DNA of 64,000 nt from a bacterium (lineage in GTDB: Bacteria; Patescibacteriota; CG2-30-54-11; JBAXVQ01), in assembly GCA_037128935.1 (NCBI GenBank), contig JBAXVQ010000001.1, forward strand, positions 60,124 to 124,123, given 5' to 3'. The notes beneath the pieces are model-generated. The model was not told the DNA's origin, ran no database searches, and worked only from the letters and a program-made list of their open reading frames with translations. Made by a program: the position numbers and the translations under genes. This document shows, piece after piece, positions 1 to 7,914 of the stretch; positions within the stretch are counted from its first letter, which is position 1, and the number at the start of each line of letters is the position of its first letter.

Positions 1-152
1 TGTTCAACTCCAAGCCGCTGCTTTCCTTCTACCGCCCTAATCAGTACCCCGTTATTTATTCCTATTTTCTTCGATAGTGGGAAAGTCCTATACGCTTTTA
101 TTGCTTCATCAATGGCGGTGTCTTCTTTAACTTTTCGTATTGTTATTAACAT
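1..152 (-). CDS. Hypothetical protein, truncated by window edge (MLITIRKVKEDTAIDEAIK...)
   Basis: Hand translation: ATG at 152, open to position 1, just downstream of integrase. Confidence 0.5.
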   Translation of the reverse strand, partial: MLITIRKVKEDTAIDEAIKAYRTFPLSKKIGINNGVLIRAVEGKQRLGVE

Positions 153-178
153 GATTGTATTTTACCCGATCAGGACAA

Positions 179-1126
179 TTATTGCAAGGGCTTTTTTTGA
201 AACCCGTGATATTTCTCGTAACCCTCTTTTTTTCTCGATGCTGTAACGGTTGTGTATATCTCAGTTGTCTTAACTGATGCATGCCCTAGGTGTTCTTGTA
301 CGAGTCTTAGGTCTCCACCGTTGCTTAACATATTAGTAGCGAACATATGACGTAGTAGGTGTGGGTTAATCTTAACGCCTGAGTTCTCACTGTGAAGCCT
401 GAACCGTGCCCTCACTGCCTTCTCGGTAATTGTGAAAACTCTTTTCCCTTTATCCTTGCTTTTGCTCAAGTAAAGTTGCAACCAGTAAATAGCCTCTTTA
501 TCCGCTAAGCAAGTCCGCACTTTATCGCCTTTTCCCATTATCGTTATTTCAGCTGGGTATAGGTCAAAGTTTATCATGTCTTTTTCCATCTTGCACAGTT
601 CCCCAATCCTCATTCCAGTAGCGTGTAACACTTCAATCATTGCCCTGTCTCGTATCCCGATAAATGTTGACGTGTCTGGTTCTTTCCTGAATCGCTCGAA
701 CTCCTCTTGGTTCGGAATCCGCCAAATTGCCTGGACTATGTTATATCTTTTTATTGCTGTATATGGAAACAGGTTAATCTCGTATTCATTCAAGTAGGAA
801 AACAAAGATCTGACTGCCTTACTTAAATTTTGAAGATGGGCCGGCGTCTTTCCTGACTTCCCAACCCAAACGAAGTAATCCCTTATATGAGCCTTTCCAA
901 CTTTCTCAATTGGTATCTCTCTTTCATCCAACCAATTAAAAAACAAATTGATCAGGTTCTTTTTCTTTTTAACGGAAACCATTTTGTTTCCTTTGAAGAA
1001 CAAACAAAAATCCTCCCAACCACGTAACACTGATTCTCTTTTCACGATGTAACCAGAACTTTCCCCCCTTCCAATAATGATAGGTAAGTTGTGGAAGGTT
1101 GATAATGCTACACCGTTGATGCTCAT
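179..1126 (-). CDS. Tyrosine recombinase/integrase (XerC/D-like)
   Basis: RDRAMIEVLHATGMRIGEL, GKGDKVR, HLLRHMFAT, LGHASVKTTEIY catalytic motifs. Confidence 0.95.
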   Translation of the reverse strand: MSINGVALSTFHNLPIIIGRGESSGYIVKRESVLRGWEDFCLFFKGNKMVSVKKKKNLINLFFNWLDEREIPIEKVGKAHIRDYFVWVGKSGKTPAHLQNLSKAVRSLFSYLNEYEINLFPYTAIKRYNIVQAIWRIPNQEEFERFRKEPDTSTFIGIRDRAMIEVLHATGMRIGELCKMEKDMINFDLYPAEITIMGKGDKVRTCLADKEAIYWLQLYLSKSKDKGKRVFTITEKAVRARFRLHSENSGVKINPHLLRHMFATNMLSNGGDLRLVQEHLGHASVKTTEIYTTVTASRKKEGYEKYHGFQKKPLQ

Positions 1127-1284
1127 GTGTCAATTCCTCCTTATTGCTGGTTGAGGGGAGAAACTTAACACGATTAAATTTTTGCGTCAAGTAATCTGTG
1201 TTTATGTGTTGACATAGTTGTAAATAGTTAGTGTTTTATTTTTCAATCTCTTACTGTTGCTTAGTGTTGTAAAAGTGCTACGAA

Positions 1285-1527
1285 TTGGACAATACTGTTG
1301 ACATTATTAGCAACGATTTGAAAAACAAAAAACGGCAATTCGGTAAGAACCTGAAAAAACTACGCTTGAAATCTGGTGTCACTCAGGAAAAGCTTGCTGA
1401 GTTGACTGGTCTTTCTGTTGTCTATGTCGGATACCTTGAACAGGGAAAGAATAATCCTTCACTTGAGGTGATCTATCGTTTAGCTGATGCACTTGGTGTT
1501 GAGGCTGGGGAGTTGTTGAAGGATTGA
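1285..1527 (+). CDS. XRE-family HTH regulator, divergent from integrase
   Basis: FGKNLKKLR...TQEKLAELTGLS..YVGYLEQGKNNPSLEVIYRLADAL HTH_3 signature. Confidence 0.92.
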   Translation: MDNTVDIISNDLKNKKRQFGKNLKKLRLKSGVTQEKLAELTGLSVVYVGYLEQGKNNPSLEVIYRLADALGVEAGELLKD

Positions 1528-1544
1528 ATTCTTCACTCGTGTAG

Positions 1545-1826
1545 TTGTATACTTTGAGTATGAAAAACCACTTAAAACAACAACTTGAATCAATCAAAGC
1601 AACTTTAGATTTGAATGTAAAAACTATTGAGGTTCTTTTTGAACAGGCAAGAGGACTTGCTGATATCGTTGAAAGCCTCGGTACTAGTGCTGAACAAGTG
1701 AAAATTAAAGAAACATTAGAACAACAAGTAATAAGTGTTTTAGATGCTTTAAAAATACTTGTTAAACAAACAACAACACTTTTTGGACAGTACAATGATC
1801 TTATTGACAAGATGAATGGTCAGTAG
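1545..1826 (+). CDS. Hypothetical helical protein (likely start 1560)
   Basis: ORF in apparent operon after XRE gene; amphipathic helices. Confidence 0.65.
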   Translation: MYTLSMKNHLKQQLESIKATLDLNVKTIEVLFEQARGLADIVESLGTSAEQVKIKETLEQQVISVLDALKILVKQTTTLFGQYNDLIDKMNGQ

Positions 1827-1829
1827 TTT

Positions 1830-2168
1830 ATGGCTACCTTGAAACAAACAGTTCTTGATATTGTTGATGAAATAGCTCTTCTTAGGGAAAAAAACAAAGA
1901 AACTCTTCCCCACAATCCTAAAGAACACGAAGACAAAACAAGATCCGAGTTAGCGAAAACGTTTGTGTTGGGATATTTTATACTTCTCTCCGTTGCTTTT
2001 TTACTTACTATGGCTAGTAATCTAACAGTATCGTATCTAAAGCTAGATCAATCTCTAATAATAAGCGTCAAAGATATCATCCTCACAATCTCAAGCACTA
2101 TAGGAACCTCTCTTGGATTTGTTGTCGGTTACTATTTTAAGAGTTCTGAGAACGGTTACAACCTGTAA
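1830..2168 (+). CDS. Small two-TM membrane protein
   Basis: Hydrophobic segments TFVLGYFILLSVAFLL and IILTISSTIGTSLGFVVGYYF. Confidence 0.75.
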   Translation: MATLKQTVLDIVDEIALLREKNKETLPHNPKEHEDKTRSELAKTFVLGYFILLSVAFLLTMASNLTVSYLKLDQSLIISVKDIILTISSTIGTSLGFVVGYYFKSSENGYNL

Positions 2169-2171
2169 TTA

Positions 2172-2963
2172 CTAAAACGCTTTCGCCTCTTCCGCTCTTC
2201 TCTTCACCAACCCGCCTAACTTCTGACCTCCACCATGCACCCACCTAGCTAATTGTGCGGGAACTTCGTTGTACTTTCCAGCGTTTAAGGTTTTCAGTAA
2301 GTCGCTGCCTTCCAAAGCACCTGCACCCATGTTGTAGGTGAACGAGACAAGAGAATCGTACTGTTGTTGAGTGAGTGCAACCTTCACGAGCCTATGTACT
2401 GCAATCTCTTTGACGTACACCTGATCTCTTAGGATTTTGTCCGCTTCGACTTCACTGATACACTGCCCCTTCTTTCCTGCCGAACCGTATCCAATAGTCC
2501 ACATCTTTATATCCCAGTATGCACACGACCTGAACCCCTCATACTTCTTTATCATTGCTATGCCTTGCTCACTAATGTGCATTACTGATGCGACGCTGCC
2601 ACCTGTGCCGTTGCTATTGGAAGCCGTTGTTGTTGTTTGTCCTTGACTTCCACTTATTGCCTCGGTCACTGTAGCAGTGGGTACAATCTGTACCCCTGTT
2701 GCTTCTGCAGCATAGACAGCACTTCCTAACATTGCAGTTTTCGGCTGTGGTGTGAGTACTTTGATACTCTCCTCGATTAGTGCCGTTGCTGTTGCCATAT
2801 GTTCACCTGCCTGAGTAATGTACGTTTCTGACTGCAATTTACGCTTTTGAGCTTCGAGATCGATTGTTGATGGTTTACTCATCATGCCAGGGATGAATAT
2901 GGCCCCGAGTAGCAGAACAAAAAATACAATTGCTGCGACGAGATTGAATGTGTTTGTTTTCAT
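2172..2963 (-). CDS. GH24 (phage lysozyme) muramidase with N-terminal TM/signal and Thr/Ser-rich linker
   Basis: IKKYEGFRSCAYWD..WTIGYG, QQQYDSLVSFTYNMG, GLVKRRAEE motifs; hydrophobic N-terminus. Confidence 0.92.
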   Translation of the reverse strand: MKTNTFNLVAAIVFFVLLLGAIFIPGMMSKPSTIDLEAQKRKLQSETYITQAGEHMATATALIEESIKVLTPQPKTAMLGSAVYAAEATGVQIVPTATVTEAISGSQGQTTTTASNSNGTGGSVASVMHISEQGIAMIKKYEGFRSCAYWDIKMWTIGYGSAGKKGQCISEVEADKILRDQVYVKEIAVHRLVKVALTQQQYDSLVSFTYNMGAGALEGSDLLKTLNAGKYNEVPAQLARWVHGGGQKLGGLVKRRAEEAKAF

Positions 2964-3014
2964 TTTTGTTATTCCTGTAAAATAGGAAGCGGTGTTCTAG
3001 CACCAGCCTCATTG

Positions 3015-3185
3015 TTATTGTGATGGGGTAGAGTCGGCGGCGTTGCTGTCGGCTCTTTTTTGTTGCTCGTAGCGTAGTTGGGCAATGTCTCCGATGATGT
3101 TCATTGCTTCGTCCCTGCGCTCATTGATGAGGACTGTTAGAAAGCCCTCAATTCTGGTGAGTAGGTCGAATGTTGCCTTTTCCAT
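3015..3185 (-). CDS. Small hypothetical protein, 56 aa (MEKATFDLLTRIEG...)
   Basis: Hand translation; AGGAGG RBS upstream. Confidence 0.65.
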   Translation of the reverse strand: MEKATFDLLTRIEGFLTVLINERRDEAMNIIGDIAQLRYEQQKRADSNAADSTPSQ

Positions 3186-3208
3186 AGTTGCCTCCTTTCT
3201 TGGTTTGG

Positions 3209-3454
3209 TTATATTTGTGAAAAAACTAAATCTTGATGCTGCTCAAACGCCAAGTCCGCTGCCCTGTCGGCGTTGTCTTCCTCAAAGTCTTTGACGGTAG
3301 AAACTAGATCGTAGTCAATGCCCCGATCCTGTAGTAGTGCCTCGGTTTTTAATCTTGCCTCTTTGTCGGGGTTGCCGTTCGTGTAGACCGGCATAGAGAG
3401 GGTGACGATGATTTCGACTGTTTGGATTTTGACGGGGTTAGTTGTGATGGTCAT
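3209..3454 (-). CDS. Hypothetical protein
   Basis: ORF with AGGAGG upstream, in small-gene operon. Confidence 0.7.
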   Translation of the reverse strand: MTITTNPVKIQTVEIIVTLSMPVYTNGNPDKEARLKTEALLQDRGIDYDLVSTVKDFEEDNADRAADLAFEQHQDLVFSQI

Positions 3455-3456
3455 AA

Positions 3457-3567
3457 CTACGCTACCTCCTGTGTTTCATTGTTCACGGTGATGATCTTGA
3501 TTGAGTCGCCGGTGTCGAACATGTAGACGGTCTGTTCTCCGTTTGTGAGTGTGTTGATTAGTTTCAT
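3457..3567 (-). CDS. Small hypothetical protein, 36 aa (MKLINTLTNGEQ...)
   Basis: Hand translation; AAGGA RBS; first ORF after promoter at 3644-3672. Confidence 0.6.
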   Translation of the reverse strand: MKLINTLTNGEQTVYMFDTGDSIKIITVNNETQEVA

Positions 3568-3643
3568 GGTTGTGTTCCTTTTTGTGGTCAAGCAGCCTGA
3601 CCACTCTTGATAAAAAAATATTGTTTTTCTTTTCACTAATACC

Positions 3644-3672
3644 AGTATAGTACATCTACCGGACTATGTCAA
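3644..3672 (-). promoter_or_regulatory. Near-consensus sigma70 promoter TTGACA-17-TATACT
   Basis: Reverse complement reads ttgaca tagtccggtagatgtac tatact. Confidence 0.75.
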
Positions 3673-3681
3673 GCAAAAAAA

Positions 3682-3891
3682 TTATTCCTTTAGTTTGGCT
3701 ACGTAGTCGCAATCTTCGGCAATGTACCAAACACCCCTAAACTTGCTACCTTCTTTAAATGAACCAGTTACAGCATGATGATTATTTTTTAAAAGTCTTC
3801 GTAGGTAGGTTAGCTTATTTTCTATCTCAACTTTATCTAGTTTTGAGAAATACTTCTCAGTTAATTCCTGAATGGTATAGTAGCCCTTCAT
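3682..3891 (-). CDS. Small putative DNA-binding protein (HTH/excisionase-like)
   Basis: YYTIQEL start and G.WYI end resemble winged-helix Xis-like proteins. Confidence 0.55.
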   Translation of the reverse strand: MKGYYTIQELTEKYFSKLDKVEIENKLTYLRRLLKNNHHAVTGSFKEGSKFRGVWYIAEDCDYVAKLKE

Positions 3892-4012
3892 AGTAATCCT
3901 TTTCTATTCGGTTTTTTTTCGGTTCTGAACGTAGTGTAGCACCTCAACTATTGACAATCAAGAGGGTGTGCGTGCTACACTGTCAGCATATCTTAATAAA
4001 AGGGGGCATCGT

Positions 4013-4441
4013 ATGAGTGGAAATTCAGCAGGTAGAGGTTTCTTGGGTGGGCTTGGAATGGCGGGCGGTGTTGCGTTCGGGTGTTGTGGGTTGATAGTTG
4101 TTGGTATCGTTATTGTTGCCGTGTTAGCTGCTGCTGGATCTTCAAGTTCTAAGACTACAAATACGACAACTACGAATAGCTCCGGTACAACTGTACCTGA
4201 AAAAGTGGAAGCGAAAAGCGGTGTGACGCTTGAAAATTTCAACAAACTAAAAGATGGAATGTCTTATAAACAAGCGGTTGCAGTGCTTGGAGTAGAGGGC
4301 ACTATTTTAAGTGAATCGAATGTAGCAGGATACGCAACAAAGATGTACACATGGGAAGGTGCGACCGGATGGGGTGCAAATATGAATGCAATGTTTCAGA
4401 ATGATAAGTTAATGAGTAAGACACAAATAGGATTGAAGTAG
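4013..4441 (+). CDS. Membrane-anchored DUF3862/BLIP-like domain protein
   Basis: TM helix, S/T linker, VTLENFNKLKDGMSYKQAVAVLG...YTW...FQNDKLMSKTQIGLK; ATG 4013 has RBS. Confidence 0.8.
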   Translation: MSGNSAGRGFLGGLGMAGGVAFGCCGLIVVGIVIVAVLAAAGSSSSKTTNTTTTNSSGTTVPEKVEAKSGVTLENFNKLKDGMSYKQAVAVLGVEGTILSESNVAGYATKMYTWEGATGWGANMNAMFQNDKLMSKTQIGLK

Positions 4442-4553
4442 AAAAAATCTGCAAATCACTTCAAGTATCCGTCGGAGAATTACTAGAGTATGTCCCAAGT
4501 GACAAATAGCGTTAGTAATTTAATATGTCAGCATAACTTAACAAGGGGAATGT

Positions 4554-4793
4554 ATGAATCTTTTGTTTAAATCACCAGGGTTTGGAGCTTTAAAGGTTTA
4601 TGATAATAAAATAGAATGGGGTGCTGTTTTTAAAAAAAGCATTCCAATAAAGCAAATTGCTGCAATAAATGCTGGAATGCCTATGTTTGGACTTATAACA
4701 GTTGAAACGTCTGGTGGACAAAAGTATAAAGTTCCTTGTTACTCATCAAAAAAGAAACAAGCTATTGAAATAATTTACAGTTTAATGAAGTAA
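4554..4793 (+). CDS. Small hypothetical protein, possible bacterial PH-like fold
   Basis: RBS AAGGGG; beta-rich with C-terminal helix, KSIPIKQI...ITVETSGG pattern. Confidence 0.6.
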   Translation: MNLLFKSPGFGALKVYDNKIEWGAVFKKSIPIKQIAAINAGMPMFGLITVETSGGQKYKVPCYSSKKKQAIEIIYSLMK

Positions 4794-4862
4794 GTGAATG
4801 CTTGAAAAGCCCTCAACGTGTCGGTCGGGGAGTTGTTGGAGTATGTGGAGGAGGAGTTACAA

Positions 4863-4888
4863 AAAGACACCCCCTAAGAGGTGTCTTT
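4863..4888. terminator. Hairpin between convergent genes, likely bidirectional terminator
   Basis: aaagacacc-ccctaaga-ggtgtcttt inverted repeat. Confidence 0.65.
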
Positions 4889-5023
4889 CTTCTTCTCTTC
4901 CTGTTGTACCCAGCGTTGCAGCTGGTCAACTATTCGCCGGTTGTTCTTTTTTGCAATGTTCCTAATGCGTTCGTGTAGTTCTTTTGATAAGTTTAGTGAG
5001 GTTCGGGCGGGTTGTTTTGTCAT
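4874..5023 (-). CDS. Arc-like ribbon-helix-helix protein, 49 aa
   Basis: Hand translation MTKQPARTSLNLSKELHERIRNIAKKNNRRIVDQLQRWV...; start overlaps upstream stop (TAATG). Confidence 0.75.
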   Translation of the reverse strand: MTKQPARTSLNLSKELHERIRNIAKKNNRRIVDQLQRWVQQEEKKKDTS

Positions 5024-5319
5024 TATCTTGCTAACCCCCTGATCGCACTAAAAACGTCTTCTGGCAGTTCACCAAACCAACACTCTACTGACTTGTTATT
5101 CATTGCTGGTGATGCGTCCTCGCCTTTTAGCGTGTATACAGTGTCATAGTATTCATTCTTTAGCTCTCTGCCGTACTTGCACTCTGTTGTAATACCATCA
5201 TCGTTATACTTCCTTACAGCATAGTATTGAAGGCTGTTAAGCTCGAATGTTGCTGTCTGAATGTTTGCTGATGGGAAGTCTTCAACCTTGATTACCTTGA
5301 TGTTTTTGTTGATTGTCAT
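5023..5319 (-). CDS. Hypothetical protein
   Basis: ORF with AAGGA RBS downstream of promoter at 5365-5393. Confidence 0.7.
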   Translation of the reverse strand: MTINKNIKVIKVEDFPSANIQTATFELNSLQYYAVRKYNDDGITTECKYGRELKNEYYDTVYTLKGEDASPAMNNKSVECWFGELPEDVFSAIRGLAR

Positions 5320-5364
5320 GATGTTGTTCCTTTGTTAGTTGTTGTAAGTGAATCTTACGTACCT

Positions 5365-5393
5365 AGTATATATCTAAAGGCGTACAATGTCAA
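5365..5393 (-). promoter_or_regulatory. Near-consensus sigma70 promoter TTGACA-17-TATACT
   Basis: Reverse complement reads ttgaca ttgtacgcctttagata tatact. Confidence 0.75.
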
Positions 5394-5471
5394 GGGGAAT
5401 TATTAGAAATGTTTTGGCTTGGTGAAGCCGTTTCATAACTTTGTAAAAAGATTTACATTTCAAATAATAGC

Positions 5472-5506
5472 AAAAGCAGAAGGACGTGAGTTATCCCCCT
5501 GCTTTT
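5472..5506 (-). terminator. Putative terminator at end of late operon
   Basis: aaaagcag...ctgctttt hairpin just after endolysin stop. Confidence 0.55.
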
Positions 5507-5534
5507 TTTGTTCTCTCTCTATATATGTATAGCC

Positions 5535-7139
5535 CTACACCACCTCAACCTCAAACCACCCGTTCCACGTTGTAACCCATTCTCTCGTTCCTGTGGTAGC
5601 AAGCCCCCAATCCTCTCTATACACCCCTTTAGGAATGCCAATTTTCACATTCAGCGGGATTGTGGCGGTGTAGGTTCTGCTCGCCTGATCTAGTAGCTCC
5701 AACTTCACCCCATCTTTCCCTGCGAAAAACACGCTGTAGTCCACGTTCGATGGATTTACTACGTTCTTATCCTTGCGAAAGAATAAGCGAACAGTATCAT
5801 CTATAAGCGTCTCGGTGCCTACGTTCTGAATAGTGAACCGTATTGAAGGTTGAAAGCCCACTAAGGCGAATTTTTGCCCTTTGGCGACAGCTTCGTACTT
5901 TGGAGTGTTCGTTGTCGGTACTTTCCCTTTGAGCGTCATATACTGATAGATTGCATCACGTGCCGATGGCTTAGTTCGTCCGATGTAGCCTGCCTTTGCT
6001 AGTGTTGTGAGTTTGCCAGTCCATGGATCTGCAATCGTGAAGTCTTCGCCCTGATATCCTGTAGCCAACACAAAGTGCATATCCTCGGTAGTTGTACTAG
6101 TATTGAAGTCAATTTCCAGCATAACGGGGTATCCACTATCTAGTGCCCGCTTGATATCGGTGATCTGTAAGTCGGTCAACCTATTAGGTGTTAGCACGTG
6201 CTTTTCTTCGATGTCGGGAAAGAGTTGTTGGAGTTTTCCCCAAACGTACATATTTCCGCCGTAGTATCCGCCTATTCCCTCTAGCTTTTTGTCGAGTGTG
6301 ACGGGTGTTTCGTTGATACCGTAGTAACGTGCAACCATCGCAAGGCAATTGAGAAGGCATCCGTAAGCTGCAATCGTAGTATTGCTGTAGCCTAGGTTCT
6401 CACCCGCCCATCGTTGATCACGTTGGTTGTATACTTCTGGTAGTGTAATCATGGTGGTTATTTCCTTTTTTGGTTCTGGTGTAGGTGGTTTCTCAGGTTC
6501 TACTGGTTTTTCTTCTGCATTGTCAAAATAGAACACGCAAAAACCAAAGCCGTTATATTTGATGATTTCTTTCTCAATCCTGAAATAGCCCTTACCTTCT
6601 GCATGCTGATTATCTACGCCGTAGGAGTTTTGGATGTAAAAGTATTTTTCGTCAAAGCCCACAATTGCCAGCTCGTGCGTTCTTTGTTGTAAATCTCTAG
6701 GTTTCCACATCGATTGAGTGATTGTGTAGTACAACTCGTAAGGGATTTGTGAGATTCCTATGCCAAAATGTACAGGGTTGCCAGCTTTTAGCTCTGAGGT
6801 TATCTGATCAACTATCTGAGTGTATCCACCAGTCAACTCTTTAAAACCTGTGCAAAGTCCAAGTTTTTTGTAAAATTCAAAAACGTCGCTCATGGTGTTG
6901 CTGTATGAGTCTCTATCTAGTATTTTCCCAGCTTTTTTGCAGGCTGCATCATAGGATGCTTGCCAGATAAGCAACCAATCAGAAAACCACAAGCGATTAG
7001 CTCCATGTAAGCGAAAAGCTACACTAGCAGAATACACGGTACAGCTACCGCCCTGCTGGGTGATGATTGGTGCTTTCGCCTCTAGGTTGGGGATTAACGT
7101 TGTGTTAGGTTCGCTGAAAATTTTTGATCGTGTAGCCAT
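5535..7139 (-). CDS. Putative endolysin: papain-like C1 peptidase + C39-like peptidase + C-terminal Ig-like domain
   Basis: QQGGSCTVYS / HELAIVGFD / IQNSYG (C1); YNQRDQRW..YGCLLNCLAM / HFVLATG / IADPW (C39-like); follows holin-like genes; start MATRSK. Confidence 0.8.
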   Translation of the reverse strand: MATRSKIFSEPNTTLIPNLEAKAPIITQQGGSCTVYSASVAFRLHGANRLWFSDWLLIWQASYDAACKKAGKILDRDSYSNTMSDVFEFYKKLGLCTGFKELTGGYTQIVDQITSELKAGNPVHFGIGISQIPYELYYTITQSMWKPRDLQQRTHELAIVGFDEKYFYIQNSYGVDNQHAEGKGYFRIEKEIIKYNGFGFCVFYFDNAEEKPVEPEKPPTPEPKKEITTMITLPEVYNQRDQRWAGENLGYSNTTIAAYGCLLNCLAMVARYYGINETPVTLDKKLEGIGGYYGGNMYVWGKLQQLFPDIEEKHVLTPNRLTDLQITDIKRALDSGYPVMLEIDFNTSTTTEDMHFVLATGYQGEDFTIADPWTGKLTTLAKAGYIGRTKPSARDAIYQYMTLKGKVPTTNTPKYEAVAKGQKFALVGFQPSIRFTIQNVGTETLIDDTVRLFFRKDKNVVNPSNVDYSVFFAGKDGVKLELLDQASRTYTATIPLNVKIGIPKGVYREDWGLATTGTREWVTTWNGWFEVEVV

Positions 7140-7149
7140 GTTATCCGCC

Positions 7150-7533
7150 TTATTTTGAAAATAAATTATGTTGTGAAAACAAGGACAAAAGCCCAACTAT
7201 TAAGCCAAGAATGCCACAGGTGATCACTGACCAAAAAAGCTTACTTAGCGGCTCCATCTTTTGGGTTATATCCTTCTCCCACCTAGCCCTATCCGCCATA
7301 CCTAACTCTAGTATTTCAATCCTCTTAGAATGGTCTTTTATCGATTCCTTCATATCAAGATGTTGCTGTTCATCTGTCTTTCTTTGTTCTTGTGCTACCG
7401 TCATACTAGTTAGAAGACTTGACAAAGTTTCTAAAATTCTGTCAATTTTTTTTTTGATGTCGGGAATGTCTGCGATTTGCTGCTTCATTCCTGCGATCTC
7501 GATTAGAATGTCTTGGTTTGTACCCTTAGTCAC
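7150..7533 (-). CDS. Coiled-coil protein with C-terminal TM (XhlA/holin-like)
   Basis: Coiled coil plus LFWSVITCGILGLIVGLL; lysis-module position. Confidence 0.7.
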   Translation of the reverse strand: MTKGTNQDILIEIAGMKQQIADIPDIKKKIDRILETLSSLLTSMTVAQEQRKTDEQQHLDMKESIKDHSKRIEILELGMADRARWEKDITQKMEPLSKLFWSVITCGILGLIVGLLSLFSQHNLFSK

Positions 7534-7784
7534 CTAGTGCCCTCTATGGTTTTTTGTTTTAGAATTTTGACTATGCCTTTGAGACCAAAAACTGCTAATG
7601 GGACGAAATAATAAAATTGCACCCTATCCATCTCCCCCAGAAACATCCCAGCAACCCCAAGCAGATGAGCAAGTAGAAGCGAAATTGCCTGCTTGTTAAT
7701 CTTTCTACTTCTATAAGCTTCGATCACTACCCAAATGACCGTTGTTGAGTAGAACATGTAGGGGATGATTGTTATGGTATCCAT
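7530..7784 (-). CDS. Small three-TM membrane protein, possible holin
   Basis: Three hydrophobic segments and basic C-terminus. Confidence 0.6.
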   Translation of the reverse strand: MDTITIIPYMFYSTTVIWVVIEAYRSRKINKQAISLLLAHLLGVAGMFLGEMDRVQFYYFVPLAVFGLKGIVKILKQKTIEGTR

Positions 7785-7788
7785 AGCA

Positions 7789-7914
7789 CTACGCCCTCAC
7801 AAAACATACGCCGACATCATCAACGTTGTAGCAATCGATAACCTCACCTGTTCTTGCGTTGCTGTAACTAGCAACTAGAAAAGCAAAAAACAGTGTAGCA
7901 AGTAATTTTTTCAT
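7789..7914 (-). CDS. 41-aa putative secreted peptide
   Basis: Hand translation MKKLLATLFFAFLVASYSNA-RTGEVIDCYNVDDVGVCFVRA; ATGA overlap with tail gene stop. Confidence 0.6.
   Translation of the reverse strand: MKKLLATLFFAFLVASYSNARTGEVIDCYNVDDVGVCFVRA

Noticed and set aside
1-178. Second att core duplicating the tRNA-Asp 3' end
   Set aside because: Not present; an ORF runs off the window edge, so the boundary lies further left
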